A stretch of DNA of 63,069 nucleotides, filler included, from Licmophora abbreviata (taxonomy: Eukaryota), in NCBI GenBank assembly GCA_900291995.1. It is 16 parts of 16 records of this genome, joined end to end, with 100 filler letters (N's around TTAATTAATTAA, not from the genome) between each part and the next. Parts side by side here need not be neighbours in the genome. Positions count along the whole stretch, not along the records: positions 29,444 to 34,827 come from OLMU01005136.1; positions 34,928 to 40,528 come from OLMU01005137.1; positions 40,629 to 41,692 come from OLMU01005138.1; 13 more parts are not named here. The stretch is one strand, 5' to 3'. Each line of letters begins with the position of its first letter. Within the stretch, counting starts at the first letter, position 1. The position numbers and the translations under genes were made by a program. Shown in pieces: positions 31,267 to 41,110 of the stretch. The notes below the pieces were generated by a model. The model was not told where the DNA came from, ran no database searches, and saw only the letters and a list, made by a program, of their open reading frames with translations.

Positions 31267-32283
31267 TCAGAGCACCACCTCGGACGCCACACCTTGTTCA
31301 CGCGCCAGCCGCACCACCGCTGCCGCCACCGCCAGATCCTGCAGCCCGACGCCGGTGCCGTCGAACAGCGTGATCTCATCATCCGAGGTCCGGCCCGAGT
31401 GGGTGCCGTTGATGACCGCGCCCAATTGGGTGATGTCATCCGACGATATCAGTCCTTCGGCCACGGCATGTTGCGCCTCGCCCAAGGTGACCGATTGCGC
31501 CACCTCGTCGGTGAAGACGCGCGCGCGGGCCAGCAAACCCGCTTCGACCTCCTGCTTGCCTTTGGTGTCGGTCCCCATGCAGGCCAGATGCGTGCCGGGG
31601 CGCACATGCGCATCAAGCAGCGACGGTGCGAAAGACGAGGTGATCGTGACGATCACATCCGCCTGCGCGCCCAATTCCTCAAGGCTCACCGCCTCGAAGG
31701 GCAGGCCAAGTTCTGCAGCGGTATCCGCCAGCCGAGACAGCATCTCGGGGTGATAATTCCAACCGACCACCTTTTCAAAGGACCGTTGCTGGACAGCCGC
31801 GCGCATCTGGAATGCTGATTGATGGCCGGCACCGACCATGCCCAGAACCTTGGCATCCTGCTGCGCCAGATAGCGGATCGACACCGCACTGGCCGCCGCC
31901 GTGCGCAGCGCCGTCAGCAGGTTACCCACGACCAGCGCACTCGGACGGCCCGTATCGGCGTCGAAAAGGATCACGGTCGACTGGTGGTTGGTCAGCCCCC
32001 GCGCCTCGTTACCGGGCCAGTAGCCACCAGATTTCAGCCCGAGCGCAAGGCTCTCGCGGTCAAAGCCCGACTTGAATCCATACAGCGCATCGGCATGGCC
32101 GATCGCCTCGCGGATCACCGGAAAGTTATAGGCATCGCCGCGCGCCATGGCCGCGAATGTCGCCTCGACTGCATCGAACGCGGCTTCAGGCGTCATCAGG
32201 CCCGCGATCTCGGCTTCGGGGACGATGGTGACGGTGTTGCCGGCTTGCGCGGCCTTGGGCGCCTGTGCGCTCAGGTCATTCAT
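31267..32283 (-). CDS. bhcD: Iminosuccinate reductase (ornithine cyclodeaminase family)
   Basis: GLKSGGYWPGN...NHQS, LTALRTAAASA and FDGTGVGLQD motifs. Last gene of the bhc operon. Confidence 0.9.
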   Translation of the reverse strand: MNDLSAQAPKAAQAGNTVTIVPEAEIAGLMTPEAAFDAVEATFAAMARGDAYNFPVIREAIGHADALYGFKSGFDRESLALGLKSGGYWPGNEARGLTNHQSTVILFDADTGRPSALVVGNLLTALRTAAASAVSIRYLAQQDAKVLGMVGAGHQSAFQMRAAVQQRSFEKVVGWNYHPEMLSRLADTAAELGLPFEAVSLEELGAQADVIVTITSSFAPSLLDAHVRPGTHLACMGTDTKGKQEVEAGLLARARVFTDEVAQSVTLGEAQHAVAEGLISSDDITQLGAVINGTHSGRTSDDEITLFDGTGVGLQDLAVAAAVVRLAREQGVASEVVL

Positions 32284-32342
32284 GACCTCTCCTTTCCGGG
32301 GCAAGACCCCTTGTCGTCTTGGGTGTCATCGGACAACTCAAA

Positions 32343-32374
32343 GCCAGCCCCGCAACGTGATTGTCGGGGCTGGC
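32343..32374. terminator. Stem-loop between bhcC and bhcD
   Basis: GCCAGCCCCG...CGGGGCTGGC inverted repeat. Confidence 0.45.
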
Positions 32375-32383
32375 CAGAATGCC

Positions 32384-33547
32384 TCAGTAGGCCTTGCCGC
32401 GTGCAGACACCGGCCAAACGCTTTCGACCTTACCGCCGCGCACTCCGACGAACCAGTCATGCACATTGCAGGTGGGGTCGCAATGGCCCGGCACCAGCTT
32501 GAGCTTGTCATTGACCTTGAGAACGCCCTTCGGGTCGGCCACGACACCATGCTCGTCCGAGCATTTGACATATTCCACGTCATCGCGCCCAAAGACGAAA
32601 GGCAGACCGCTATCGACCGACTGCGCCTTGAGACCGGCATCCACGATCGCCTTGTCGGCCTTGGCATGGCTCATCACGCTGGTCAGCAGGAACAGCGCGT
32701 TTTCCCATTCACCCTGATCGATGCGCTTGCCGTCCTTGTCGAGGATACGGCCGTAATCGGCATCCATGAAGGCATACGATCCGCACTGAAGCTCGTTATA
32801 GACGCCTGAATTGCTCTCGAAATAATAGCTGCCGGTGCCACCGCCGCCGACGATGTCACACTCGAGCCCCTCGGCTTTCAGCCCCTCGACCGCGTCGCGC
32901 ACCATGGCGATGGCGATGTCCACCTTGGTCTTGCGGTCCTCATAGCTGTCCATGTGCTGCATGGCGCCCTGATAGGCCTGCAGACCGGCGAATTTCAGCC
33001 CCGGAGCCGCGTCGATCGCCTTGGCGATCCGCACAACGTCCGCGGTCTGGGTCACGCCACAGCGGCCCGCGCCGCAATCGATCTCGACAAGGCATTCGAT
33101 CTGCGTGCCGTGCTTTTGCGCCGCCGCAGACAGATCGGCCACATTATCGATATCATCCACGCAGCAGATCGTGCGCGCGCCCAGTTTGGGCATCCGCGCC
33201 AGCCGGTCGATCTTTGCAGGCTCGCGGACCTGATTGGACACCAGCACATCCTTGATGCCGCCACGGGCAAAGACTTCGGCCTCGCTCACCTTCTGGCAGC
33301 AGACACCGCAGGCCCCGCCCAGTTCCACCTGCAGCTTGGCCACATCGACCGATTTGTGCATCTTGCCATGCACCCGGTGGCGCATGCCATGCGCCTTGGC
33401 GTAATCGCCCATCTTGCGGATGTTGCGTTCGAGCGCGTCAAGGTCCAGCACCAGACAGGGGGTCTGGATATCGGCCTCGTCCATGCCGGGCAGCGCCGGG
33501 ATATCAAAGCCCACTTCAAGCTCGTGAATGTTGCTCATGTCGTTCAT
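32384..33547 (-). CDS. bhcC: Beta-hydroxyaspartate aldolase (DSD1 family, PLP-dependent)
   Basis: HRVHGKMHKS, CCQKVSEAE, ELQCGSYAFMD and PGHCDPTCN motifs. Confidence 0.92.
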   Translation of the reverse strand: MNDMSNIHELEVGFDIPALPGMDEADIQTPCLVLDLDALERNIRKMGDYAKAHGMRHRVHGKMHKSVDVAKLQVELGGACGVCCQKVSEAEVFARGGIKDVLVSNQVREPAKIDRLARMPKLGARTICCVDDIDNVADLSAAAQKHGTQIECLVEIDCGAGRCGVTQTADVVRIAKAIDAAPGLKFAGLQAYQGAMQHMDSYEDRKTKVDIAIAMVRDAVEGLKAEGLECDIVGGGGTGSYYFESNSGVYNELQCGSYAFMDADYGRILDKDGKRIDQGEWENALFLLTSVMSHAKADKAIVDAGLKAQSVDSGLPFVFGRDDVEYVKCSDEHGVVADPKGVLKVNDKLKLVPGHCDPTCNVHDWFVGVRGGKVESVWPVSARGKAY

Positions 33548-33613
33548 CTTGGTCTCTCCCTGGTGTGTTGGGAATTCAAATATCTGTTCGCTCCGGCCCG
33601 TGATGGCCCGGCC

Positions 33614-34582
33614 CTAGCCGCGCATCCAGGGCAGTTTGTCGAGATCGACATTGCCGCCGGTGATGATGACGCCCACGCGCTTGCCCCGGAAGATATCGGG
33701 GTTCTTGAGAATGGCCGCAAGCGGCGGTGCGCAGCTGGCCTCCATCACGATCTTCATGCGCGCCCATGTCAGTTTCATCGCGTCGATGATCTCTTGTTCG
33801 CTGGTGGTCAGGATATCGGTCACGTGGTTCGACACGAAATGCCAGGTGTTTTCCTTCAGCGGCACCTTGAGACCGTCGGCGATGGTCTCAGGAGCATCAT
33901 CGGCGATGATATGGCCCGCCTTGAAGCTGCGATAGGCATCATCGGCCTGCTCGGGTTCGGCGGCATAAATCGCCACCTCGGGCGCCAGCGTGCTCAGCGT
34001 CAGACAGCAACCCGACACCATGCCGCCACCGCCGATGGGCGCGATCACCGCATCCAACCCGTCGGTCTGCTCCATCAACTCTTTCGAGCATGTCCCCTGC
34101 CCCGCGATCACCCGCGGATCGTTGTAGGGATGCACGAACTCGGCGCCGGTTTCGGCCTGCACCTGGGCAAACACCGCCTCGCGCGAGGTGGTTGACGGCT
34201 CGCATTCTGTGATGATCCCGCCATAGCCGCGCACGGCGTCCTTCTTGGCCTGCGGCGCGGTGCGCGGCATGACCACATGACACGGGATGCCCCGCCGCCC
34301 CGCCGCATAGCTGAGACTGAGCGCATGATTGCCGCTGGAATGGGTGGCGACACCACGCGCGGCCATCTCATCGCTGAGACCGAAGACCGCGTTCGAGGCG
34401 CCCCGAACCTTGAACGCTCCGGCCTTCTGGAAATTCTCGCATTTGAAGAACAGCTCGGCCCCCGTGAGATCATTCAGAAACGACGAGGTCAAAACCGGCG
34501 TGCGGTGAATATAGGGCTTGATACGCTCATGGGCGGCAAGCATGTCCTCATAAGTGGGTATTTGCGTCACGGTATCTTTCAT
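33614..34582 (-). CDS. bhcB: Beta-hydroxyaspartate dehydratase
   Basis: KCENFQKAGAFKVRGA, THSSGNH, PIGGGG and TGGNVD motifs, plus operon context. Confidence 0.9.
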   Translation of the reverse strand: MKDTVTQIPTYEDMLAAHERIKPYIHRTPVLTSSFLNDLTGAELFFKCENFQKAGAFKVRGASNAVFGLSDEMAARGVATHSSGNHALSLSYAAGRRGIPCHVVMPRTAPQAKKDAVRGYGGIITECEPSTTSREAVFAQVQAETGAEFVHPYNDPRVIAGQGTCSKELMEQTDGLDAVIAPIGGGGMVSGCCLTLSTLAPEVAIYAAEPEQADDAYRSFKAGHIIADDAPETIADGLKVPLKENTWHFVSNHVTDILTTSEQEIIDAMKLTWARMKIVMEASCAPPLAAILKNPDIFRGKRVGVIITGGNVDLDKLPWMRG

Positions 34583-35747
34583 CACGCGGCCTCCTTCCTG
34601 GTGGTGGTTGCGGGATCGCGGCGATAATGGGCCTGCGCTGCCGCCACGCCCGAGCCAAGCGCGATATCCATGCCCAGATCGGCCATCACCATTTCCGCCG
34701 TCGCAATGCCGCTCAGGGCCATGACGTCGGTCATGCGGCCCAGATGACCGATGCGGAACACCTTGCCCGCAAGCTCACCCAGACCGGTGCCAAAGGCGAC
34801 GCCATACCGCTCGACCGCATGGGCGACNNNNNNNNNNNNNNNNNNNNNNNNNNNNNNNNNNNNNNNNNNNNTTAATTAATTAANNNNNNNNNNNNNNNNN
34901 NNNNNNNNNNNNNNNNNNNNNNNNNNNGGTGGTGACGGGCAAAGACAGTGTCCAGCCCTTCGTCCAGCAACATGCCCGTGGCCATCTTGAGACCGTTGAG
35001 CAAGCCCACCGCAGGCGTATAGGGATAGCCGCCCGCCGCATAACCCCGGGCCATGTCGCGGATGTCGAAATAGGTCCGGTGCAGGGTTGCCCCCTCGACC
35101 GCCTGCATGGCACGCGGCGAGAATGCCACAATCGCCAGACCGGCGGGCAGCATGAAGCCCTTTTGCGAGCCGGTCACGGCGATGTCGACGCCCCATTCGT
35201 CCATGCGGAAATCCATCGACCCGATCGAGCTGACCCCATCGACCAGCAACAGCGCCGGATGACCTGCCGCATCCATCGCGCGACGGATCGCGCCGATATC
35301 GGACACGACGCCGGTCGCGGTCTCGTTATGGGTGGCCAACACGGCCTTGATCCGGTGCCCGGTATCGGCGGCCAGAACCTCTTCATAGCGGTCTGCGGGC
35401 AAGCCCGCGCCCCATCCAGCCTCGATCACCTGAACGTCAAGACCGTGACGCTGGCACAGGTCGATCCAGCGATGGCTGAACATCCCGTTGCGCGCGGCCA
35501 GAACGGCATCACCGGCGCTCAGCGTGTTGCTGATCGCGGTCTCCCATCCGCCCGTCCCGGTGCCGGGAAAAACGAATATCTCTGCCGTTGTCGATTTCAG
35601 CACGGTTCTGACGCCGTCCAGGGCAGGATGGAGAATATCGGCAAAAAGCGGCGACCTGTGGTCAAGCGTGGGCATGTCCACCGCTTTGCGCAATTCCTCG
35701 GGCATATTGGTCGGACCCGGAATGAAAACGGGGTTCTGAAAGCTCAT
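34582..35747 (-). CDS. bhcA: Aspartate-glyoxylate aminotransferase (class V), spans a gap
   Basis: MSFQNPVFIPGPTN, THNETATGV, VDGVSS and GSQKG motifs. The C-terminal GKVFRIGHLG lies on the next contig. Confidence 0.92.
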
Positions 35748-35874
35748 GATAAGGCCCTCCTCGTTGTGTCGATGTTCAACTTACAGAGCCGCCATCACAA
35801 ACCCAATTTTTTTGAAAAACTTTTTCGAAGGCAAGCGCTCAGGTGTATTTACATGTTTTTCAATGACTTGTATT

Positions 35875-35910
35875 TTTTCACTGGATGGAATTATTTTTCA
35901 TATTTAGAAT
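35875..35910. promoter_or_regulatory. Putative BhcR (IclR-type) operator in the AT-rich divergent promoter region
   Basis: TTTTCACTGGATGGAAT with an adjacent TTTTCATATTTAGAAT, matching the TTTCA-N5-TG(G/A)AA style of IclR sites. Confidence 0.5.
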
Positions 35911-35945
35911 ACCATCGGATACAACCATCGGAATCGGAGCCACAG

Positions 35946-36794
35946 ATGGATCAGACGACACGCCGGCGCGGACGGCCAAAGGGCTTCAACAGCCCCACCT
36001 CGAAGACCACGATCCAGTCGCTTGACCGGGCATTCGACGTGCTCGATTGCCTTGCCGCGCGCGACGGTCTGACGCTGACCGACATCGCCGAAACGCTGGA
36101 ACAGTCCCCCGCCACGATCCACCGCGTGCTGGCCACGCTCGAGGCGCGGGGCATCGTCGACAGCGACACCGGCACGCAGACATGGTTCATCGGGGCTATG
36201 GCCTATCGGATCGGATCCGCCTTTCTGCGCCGCGCCGGCGTGGTGGAACGTGCCCGCGCCAGCATGCGCGAGCTGATGCAAAGCACGGGTGAAACCGCCA
36301 ATCTGGGGATCGAACAGGCAGGGCAGGTGATGTTCATCAGTCAGGTGGAAACCCCACAGACGATCCGGGCTTTCTTTCCACCGGGCACCGTCTCGCCCAT
36401 GCATGCATCAGGCATCGGCAAGGCTCTGCTGGCGCAATATTCCGATGATCGGATGGCGGCGTTTCTCAAAGCGCATGCGCTGACCCGCTTCACCGACAGG
36501 ACCATCACCGATCCGGATGCCTTGCGCCGGGACATGGACCTGACGCGCGCCCGTGGCTGGGCCTGTGACGACGAGGAAAAAGCCGCCGGAATGCGCTGTG
36601 TCGCGGCGCCGATCTTCAACATCTTCGCCGAACCCGTTGCGGGCATATCGGTGTCAGGCCCCACCCATCGGATGGATCTGGCCCGGATCGAAGAGATCGG
36701 CACGATGGTGCGCGAAGCGGCGGCCGCCGTGTCCCGCGCCCTCGGAGCCGAGACGAACAAGCCGTCTCAGGCCGCAGATCAGGCGGCGTCGTAG
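35946..36794 (+). CDS. bhcR: IclR family regulator of the bhc operon
   Basis: RRRGRPK...IQSLDRAF, GETANL, HASGIGKALLA and CVAAPIF motifs. Divergent from bhcA. Confidence 0.92.
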   Translation: MDQTTRRRGRPKGFNSPTSKTTIQSLDRAFDVLDCLAARDGLTLTDIAETLEQSPATIHRVLATLEARGIVDSDTGTQTWFIGAMAYRIGSAFLRRAGVVERARASMRELMQSTGETANLGIEQAGQVMFISQVETPQTIRAFFPPGTVSPMHASGIGKALLAQYSDDRMAAFLKAHALTRFTDRTITDPDALRRDMDLTRARGWACDDEEKAAGMRCVAAPIFNIFAEPVAGISVSGPTHRMDLARIEEIGTMVREAAAAVSRALGAETNKPSQAADQAAS

Positions 36795-37255
36795 CGGGTG
36801 AAAACCTCGGTCGTGCCATCACGGCGGATCAGGTGTACGTCATACGCCTCGCGCCGGGTCTCGGGCCCCATGCCGGGCGAGCCATAGGGCATTCCCGGCA
36901 CGGCAAGCCCCACCGCATCGGGCCGCTCATCGAGAAGGCGGCGGATGTCGGCGGCGGGCACATGGCCTTCAATCATGTAGCCCTCGATCTTGGCCGTGTG
37001 GCATGACGCCATCTTGGGCGGAATGCCATTGTCCAGCTTGTAGCGGCTGAGCGCTGTGCCGAAACTGGTTTCGGTCGTCACCTCGAAGCCCTCGGCCTGC
37101 ATGATCTCGATCCAGGCGCCGCAGCATCCGCAATTGGGGTCTTTCAGAACATGGATCAACGGTCGCCCGGCGGCGGCGGCGGGCATGGCTGCGCTCAGTG
37201 TCACGGCGGCACTGCCGACAAGCAGGCTGCGGCGGGTCATGGTCGGGTGTGTCAT
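36779..37255 (-). CDS. DUF411 family periplasmic metal-binding protein with a Tat-like signal
   Basis: TRRSLL signal, PNCGCCGAW, SCHTA, EGHVPA and PGMPYGSPGM motifs. Confidence 0.9.
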   Translation of the reverse strand: MTHPTMTRRSLLVGSAAVTLSAAMPAAAAGRPLIHVLKDPNCGCCGAWIEIMQAEGFEVTTETSFGTALSRYKLDNGIPPKMASCHTAKIEGYMIEGHVPAADIRRLLDERPDAVGLAVPGMPYGSPGMGPETRREAYDVHLIRRDGTTEVFTRYDAA

Positions 37256-37354
37256 CGTGTTCGGCCTCCGGTTCGAAACAGTGGTTAGCATAGACCAGCC
37301 CGCCGCAGCGTCCAACTGCTGCCGCCCGTGGCGCACGAAATCGTGTCCACCGGC

Positions 37355-38143
37355 TCAGCCCGCCAGCCAGACATCGAGAAACAGCATGACCACCAGACCC
37401 ACCGCCAGCCCCAGCGTCGCCTTGTTCTGGTGGCCGCTGCGATGGGTTTCAGGGATGATCTCGTGGCTGATGACATAGAGCATCGCCCCCGCCGCAAAGG
37501 CCAGACCCCAAGGCAGCAAAGGCTCGGAGATCGAAATCAGCCCCGCGCCAAGCACACCGCCCAAAGGCTCCACCAGCCCGGTCAGCGCCGCGATGACCCA
37601 CGCTCGCGCCCGCCCGTATCCCTCGCCCAGAAGAGCCACCGCAACGGCCAGCCCTTCGGGCGCATTCTGCAAGCCGATGCCGATGGCCAGAGGCAGACCG
37701 CCGTCGAGCCCATGCGCGCCGAAGCCCACGCCAACAGCCAGCCCTTCGGGAAAATTGTGAATGGTGATCGCGAAGATGAACAGCCACACCCTGCGTAGCG
37801 CCACCGCATCCGGCCCTTCGCGGCCCATGCGGAAATGCTCGTGCGGGAGCGCCTCGTTCATCAGGTGCACCGCCGCCATACCGATCAGGATCGACACACA
37901 GGCGATCAGGGCCGGTATCGCACCCCGCCCATAGGTTTGCCCCGCCGCATCCAGCGCCGGGATAATCAGCGAAAAGAACGACGCGGCCAGCATGACGCCC
38001 GCGGCAAAGCCAAGCGACATGTCCCGAAACGCCCGTCCCGGCACCGGCCCCGCCAGCACCGGCAAGGCCCCGACCGCCGTCATCAGCCCTGCCGCAAGGC
38101 TGCCCAGAAACCCAAGCATCAACGGTGAGGCCAAGCCATCCAT
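37355..38143 (-). CDS. ZIP family metal transporter (ZupT/GufA-like)
   Basis: GFAAGVMLAASF, HNFPEGLAVG, QNAPEG and EIIPE motifs. Confidence 0.93.
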   Translation of the reverse strand: MDGLASPLMLGFLGSLAAGLMTAVGALPVLAGPVPGRAFRDMSLGFAAGVMLAASFFSLIIPALDAAGQTYGRGAIPALIACVSILIGMAAVHLMNEALPHEHFRMGREGPDAVALRRVWLFIFAITIHNFPEGLAVGVGFGAHGLDGGLPLAIGIGLQNAPEGLAVAVALLGEGYGRARAWVIAALTGLVEPLGGVLGAGLISISEPLLPWGLAFAAGAMLYVISHEIIPETHRSGHQNKATLGLAVGLVVMLFLDVWLAG

Positions 38144-38153
38144 CACGCCTACC

Positions 38154-39392
38154 TCAGGCCCATTCGCCCTGCCGGAACACCGGAACGCGCGTACCATCCT
38201 CGCGCAGACCGTCGATATCGGTCTCGGCCCCGCCGATCATCCAGTCCACATGGATCAGGCTGGCATTGCCGCCACGCGCGGCGATCTCGTCAGGGCTCAG
38301 GCTGTCACCGCCCTCGAAACACTGGGAATAGCACTGGCCAAGCGCGATATGGCACGCGGCATTTTCGTCATAGAGCGTGTTGTAGAACAGCAGCCCCGAT
38401 TGCGAGATCGGCGAGGAATGCGGCACCAGCGCCACCTCGCCCAGACGGCGCGCGCCCTCGTCGGTGTCCAGCAGCTTGTGCAACACGGCCTCGCCCCGGC
38501 TTGCCCGGGCCTCGGTGATGCGCCCCCCCTCGAAACGGACCTCGATATTCTCGATCAGGCTGCCCTGATGCGACAGCGGCTTGGAGGCGCGCACATGACC
38601 TTCAGTTCGGGCAGCATGCGGGGTGGTGAACACCTCTTCGGTCGGGATGTTCGGATTGCAGGTGACACCGTTGCGCGCCACCGACGCCCCACCTTGCCAT
38701 TCATGCCCATCGGCCAGCCCGACCGTCAGATCGGTGCCCGGTCCGGTGAAATGCAGCGCGGCGAACCGCTGCTCGTTCAGCCATTCGGTCCGCGCGCGCA
38801 ACGTGGCGTTATGCGCCTGCCATGCAGCCACGGGATCGGATGTATCGACGCGCGACGCGGCAAAAATCGCCTGCGCCAGCCTGTCCACGGCCTGATCCTC
38901 GGGCAGGTCGGGGAACATGCGCCGCGCCCATGACGGGCTTGGATAGCTGGCGATCGACCAGTTGATCGCGAAATTGGCGATATGCTCAAGCGCAGGCTTG
39001 TATGCCATGGAATTGGCCTTGCCGGCGCGCGCCACCTTGGCCGGGTCCTCATCGGCCAGAAGCATGGGATCATCGCCCACAACCGCCATGCGCGCAGCGC
39101 CCCCTTCAAAGGCCTTGGCCATCCCTTCGTAAAGCCAGCCCGGCGCGCGGTCGAAACTGTCGTCGGGCGCATTATGATAGCGCGCCAGCATCAACGCCTC
39201 ATCGCCAAGGATCGGCGTCACAAGCCCCGCGCCCGCGCGATACGCCTCGGCCACGACACGGCGCACCAAGGGCAGCGCCGCAACCGGCGCGGTCAGCACA
39301 AGATCCTGCCCCGGCTGCAGGTTCAACCCCACCCGGATCGCCACCTCCGCCAGCTTGTCCAGTTGCGGCGCGTATCTGTCCTCAAGTGTCAT
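38154..39392 (-). CDS. M29 family aminopeptidase (AmpT/PepS-like)
   Basis: NIPTEEVFTTP, LGEVAL, DENAACHIALG and HVDWMIG motifs. Confidence 0.93.
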   Translation of the reverse strand: MTLEDRYAPQLDKLAEVAIRVGLNLQPGQDLVLTAPVAALPLVRRVVAEAYRAGAGLVTPILGDEALMLARYHNAPDDSFDRAPGWLYEGMAKAFEGGAARMAVVGDDPMLLADEDPAKVARAGKANSMAYKPALEHIANFAINWSIASYPSPSWARRMFPDLPEDQAVDRLAQAIFAASRVDTSDPVAAWQAHNATLRARTEWLNEQRFAALHFTGPGTDLTVGLADGHEWQGGASVARNGVTCNPNIPTEEVFTTPHAARTEGHVRASKPLSHQGSLIENIEVRFEGGRITEARASRGEAVLHKLLDTDEGARRLGEVALVPHSSPISQSGLLFYNTLYDENAACHIALGQCYSQCFEGGDSLSPDEIAARGGNASLIHVDWMIGGAETDIDGLREDGTRVPVFRQGEWA

Positions 39393-39531
39393 GACCTGCT
39401 CCTGATTTACTGTCGCGCGCACGTTCGAAGAACCCGGGCCGAAGGTCAAGGCGCCAGCGCCCCGCAACCTTGACTTACCCCCGCCCGATACCAATCTCGA
39501 TTGCATCAGCCATTCAAAACAAGGGGTAGGC

Positions 39532-39741
39532 ATGAAACTCAGCGCGCGCAACACGCTCAAGGGCACTGTGACCACGATCGAGAAAGGTGCCGTGAACAGC
39601 ACCGTTCAGCTCGATATCGGCGGCGGCAATACGATCACCGCAATGATCACCAATGCCTCGGTCGAGGAATTGGGTCTTGCGACAGGCAAGACCGCCTATG
39701 CGGTGATTAAGGCCTCGGAGGTAATCGTCGGCACGGACTGA
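39532..39741 (+). CDS. mop: Molbindin/Mop TOBE-domain molybdate-binding protein
   Basis: MKLSARNTLKG...ITNASVEELGL...VIKAS. Confidence 0.93.
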   Translation: MKLSARNTLKGTVTTIEKGAVNSTVQLDIGGGNTITAMITNASVEELGLATGKTAYAVIKASEVIVGTD

Positions 39742-39768
39742 GGCCAGCGCGCGCGGAACTTGGGCATG

Positions 39769-39799
39769 AAAAAAGGGCCGCCCCCAATGGCGCGGCCCC
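39769..39799 (-). terminator. Intrinsic terminator for the minus-strand small ORF (possibly bidirectional)
   Basis: GGGCCGC...GCGGCCC hairpin followed by T6 on the minus strand. Confidence 0.65.
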
Positions 39800-39830
39800 G
39801 AGATGGCCCGTGACAGGCCGCGATCCGGCT

Positions 39831-39950
39831 TCAGCCAGCCTTGCGGCGGTAATTCAACTCGCGCATCAGCGCCTTGGCCGCCAGATGCATCCCCGAATTC
39901 TGAAGGGATTCGATCCGCTGTTCCATTTCCTCAATGGTCATATCGCTCAT
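39831..39950 (-). CDS. Small hypothetical protein (39 aa)
   Basis: MSDMTIEEMEQRIESLQNSGMHLAAKALMRELNYRRKAG, with an AAAGGAG RBS and a downstream terminator. Confidence 0.6.
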   Translation of the reverse strand: MSDMTIEEMEQRIESLQNSGMHLAAKALMRELNYRRKAG

Positions 39951-40222
39951 GGCTATCTCCTTTCGGTTCTGTTTCAGATCGTGGGCCGAAGCGTCAAATG
40001 GCTGCGGGCGGCAAGAGCCGCTCGGGTGTCGCGCGTGACGGTTGATGTCCACTCGGTCCGGCCCCAAGGCCAGCATCGCATGTGGGTGGACCCTTTCGGA
40101 CCCGGGCATGGTGGCCGTGCACATGGTGCAGGCCCATACCGATGGTGAGGCTGTATATCGGCCCTGAGTGCCGAAAGATCAACCCCAAGTTCCCACCAAT
40201 GAAAGGGATGGGGCGTGCCGGA

Positions 40223-40984
40223 TCAGCTGTCCGGCGCCGCGACAAAGCGCAAATGGCCGCTCTTCATCCACAGTGTCGCACCATCCGGCCCGGCACTGAG
40301 CGTGAGCGCCTCCCCCTCCGGCAGGCGCAGCCAGTCGCCCGCGCGCAGCCGGTCATCGCCATCCTGCGCAGAGCCCGACAGCAGCAGCAGTTCCAGCCCT
40401 CCGACCGGCGCAAAGTCGAGCGTGGCACCGGCATCCAGCGCGTAATAGCGCACGATCTCGCGGCCATCGCGGTAAAGCTCGTTGACCCTCACGCCAGCGC
40501 CTTGCGCGACAAGACCCTCGGCCATGGGNNNNNNNNNNNNNNNNNNNNNNNNNNNNNNNNNNNNNNNNNNNNTTAATTAATTAANNNNNNNNNNNNNNNN
40601 NNNNNNNNNNNNNNNNNNNNNNNNNNNNAACTGCGTGCGGTCCTCAGGGTCGAATTGCCAGAGTTTCACGAAGATCGTGCAGCCCTCGTCCGAGCCGGGC
40701 GTGTGGCTGGTGGTCGGCGGGTTGCGCACATAGGTTCCGGCGGGATAATCGCCATGCTCATCCTGAAACACGCCGTCGAGCACGATGAATTCCTCGCCGC
40801 CGCCATGGGTATGCGGGGAAAAACTCTGACCCGGCGCAAAGCGCACGATGCTGGTGGCGCGCGCTACCTCATCGCCGATCCTGTCCAGCATGCGCCGTTC
40901 CACCCCCGGTGAGGGCGAGGGATGCCACGGCTCTTTTTCGGTCCGCACCAGAACGCGCTGCGAAAAATCGGAATTCAGCTCCAT
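40223..40984 (-). CDS. ChrR-like double cupin domain protein (spans a gap)
   Basis: [31 protein letters not shown] and C-terminal WMKSGHL. Confidence 0.88.
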
Positions 40985-41110
40985 GATCTCGTCCTTTCAT
41001 GTCGTGTCGCGATGGGACGCCGCAAGGCCGCGATGAGCGATCCAGCCTTGTGGATTCGATGCGACGGATTATTCTCCCTTCATATTAATGCAAATCACGG
41101 GGAGATCATC

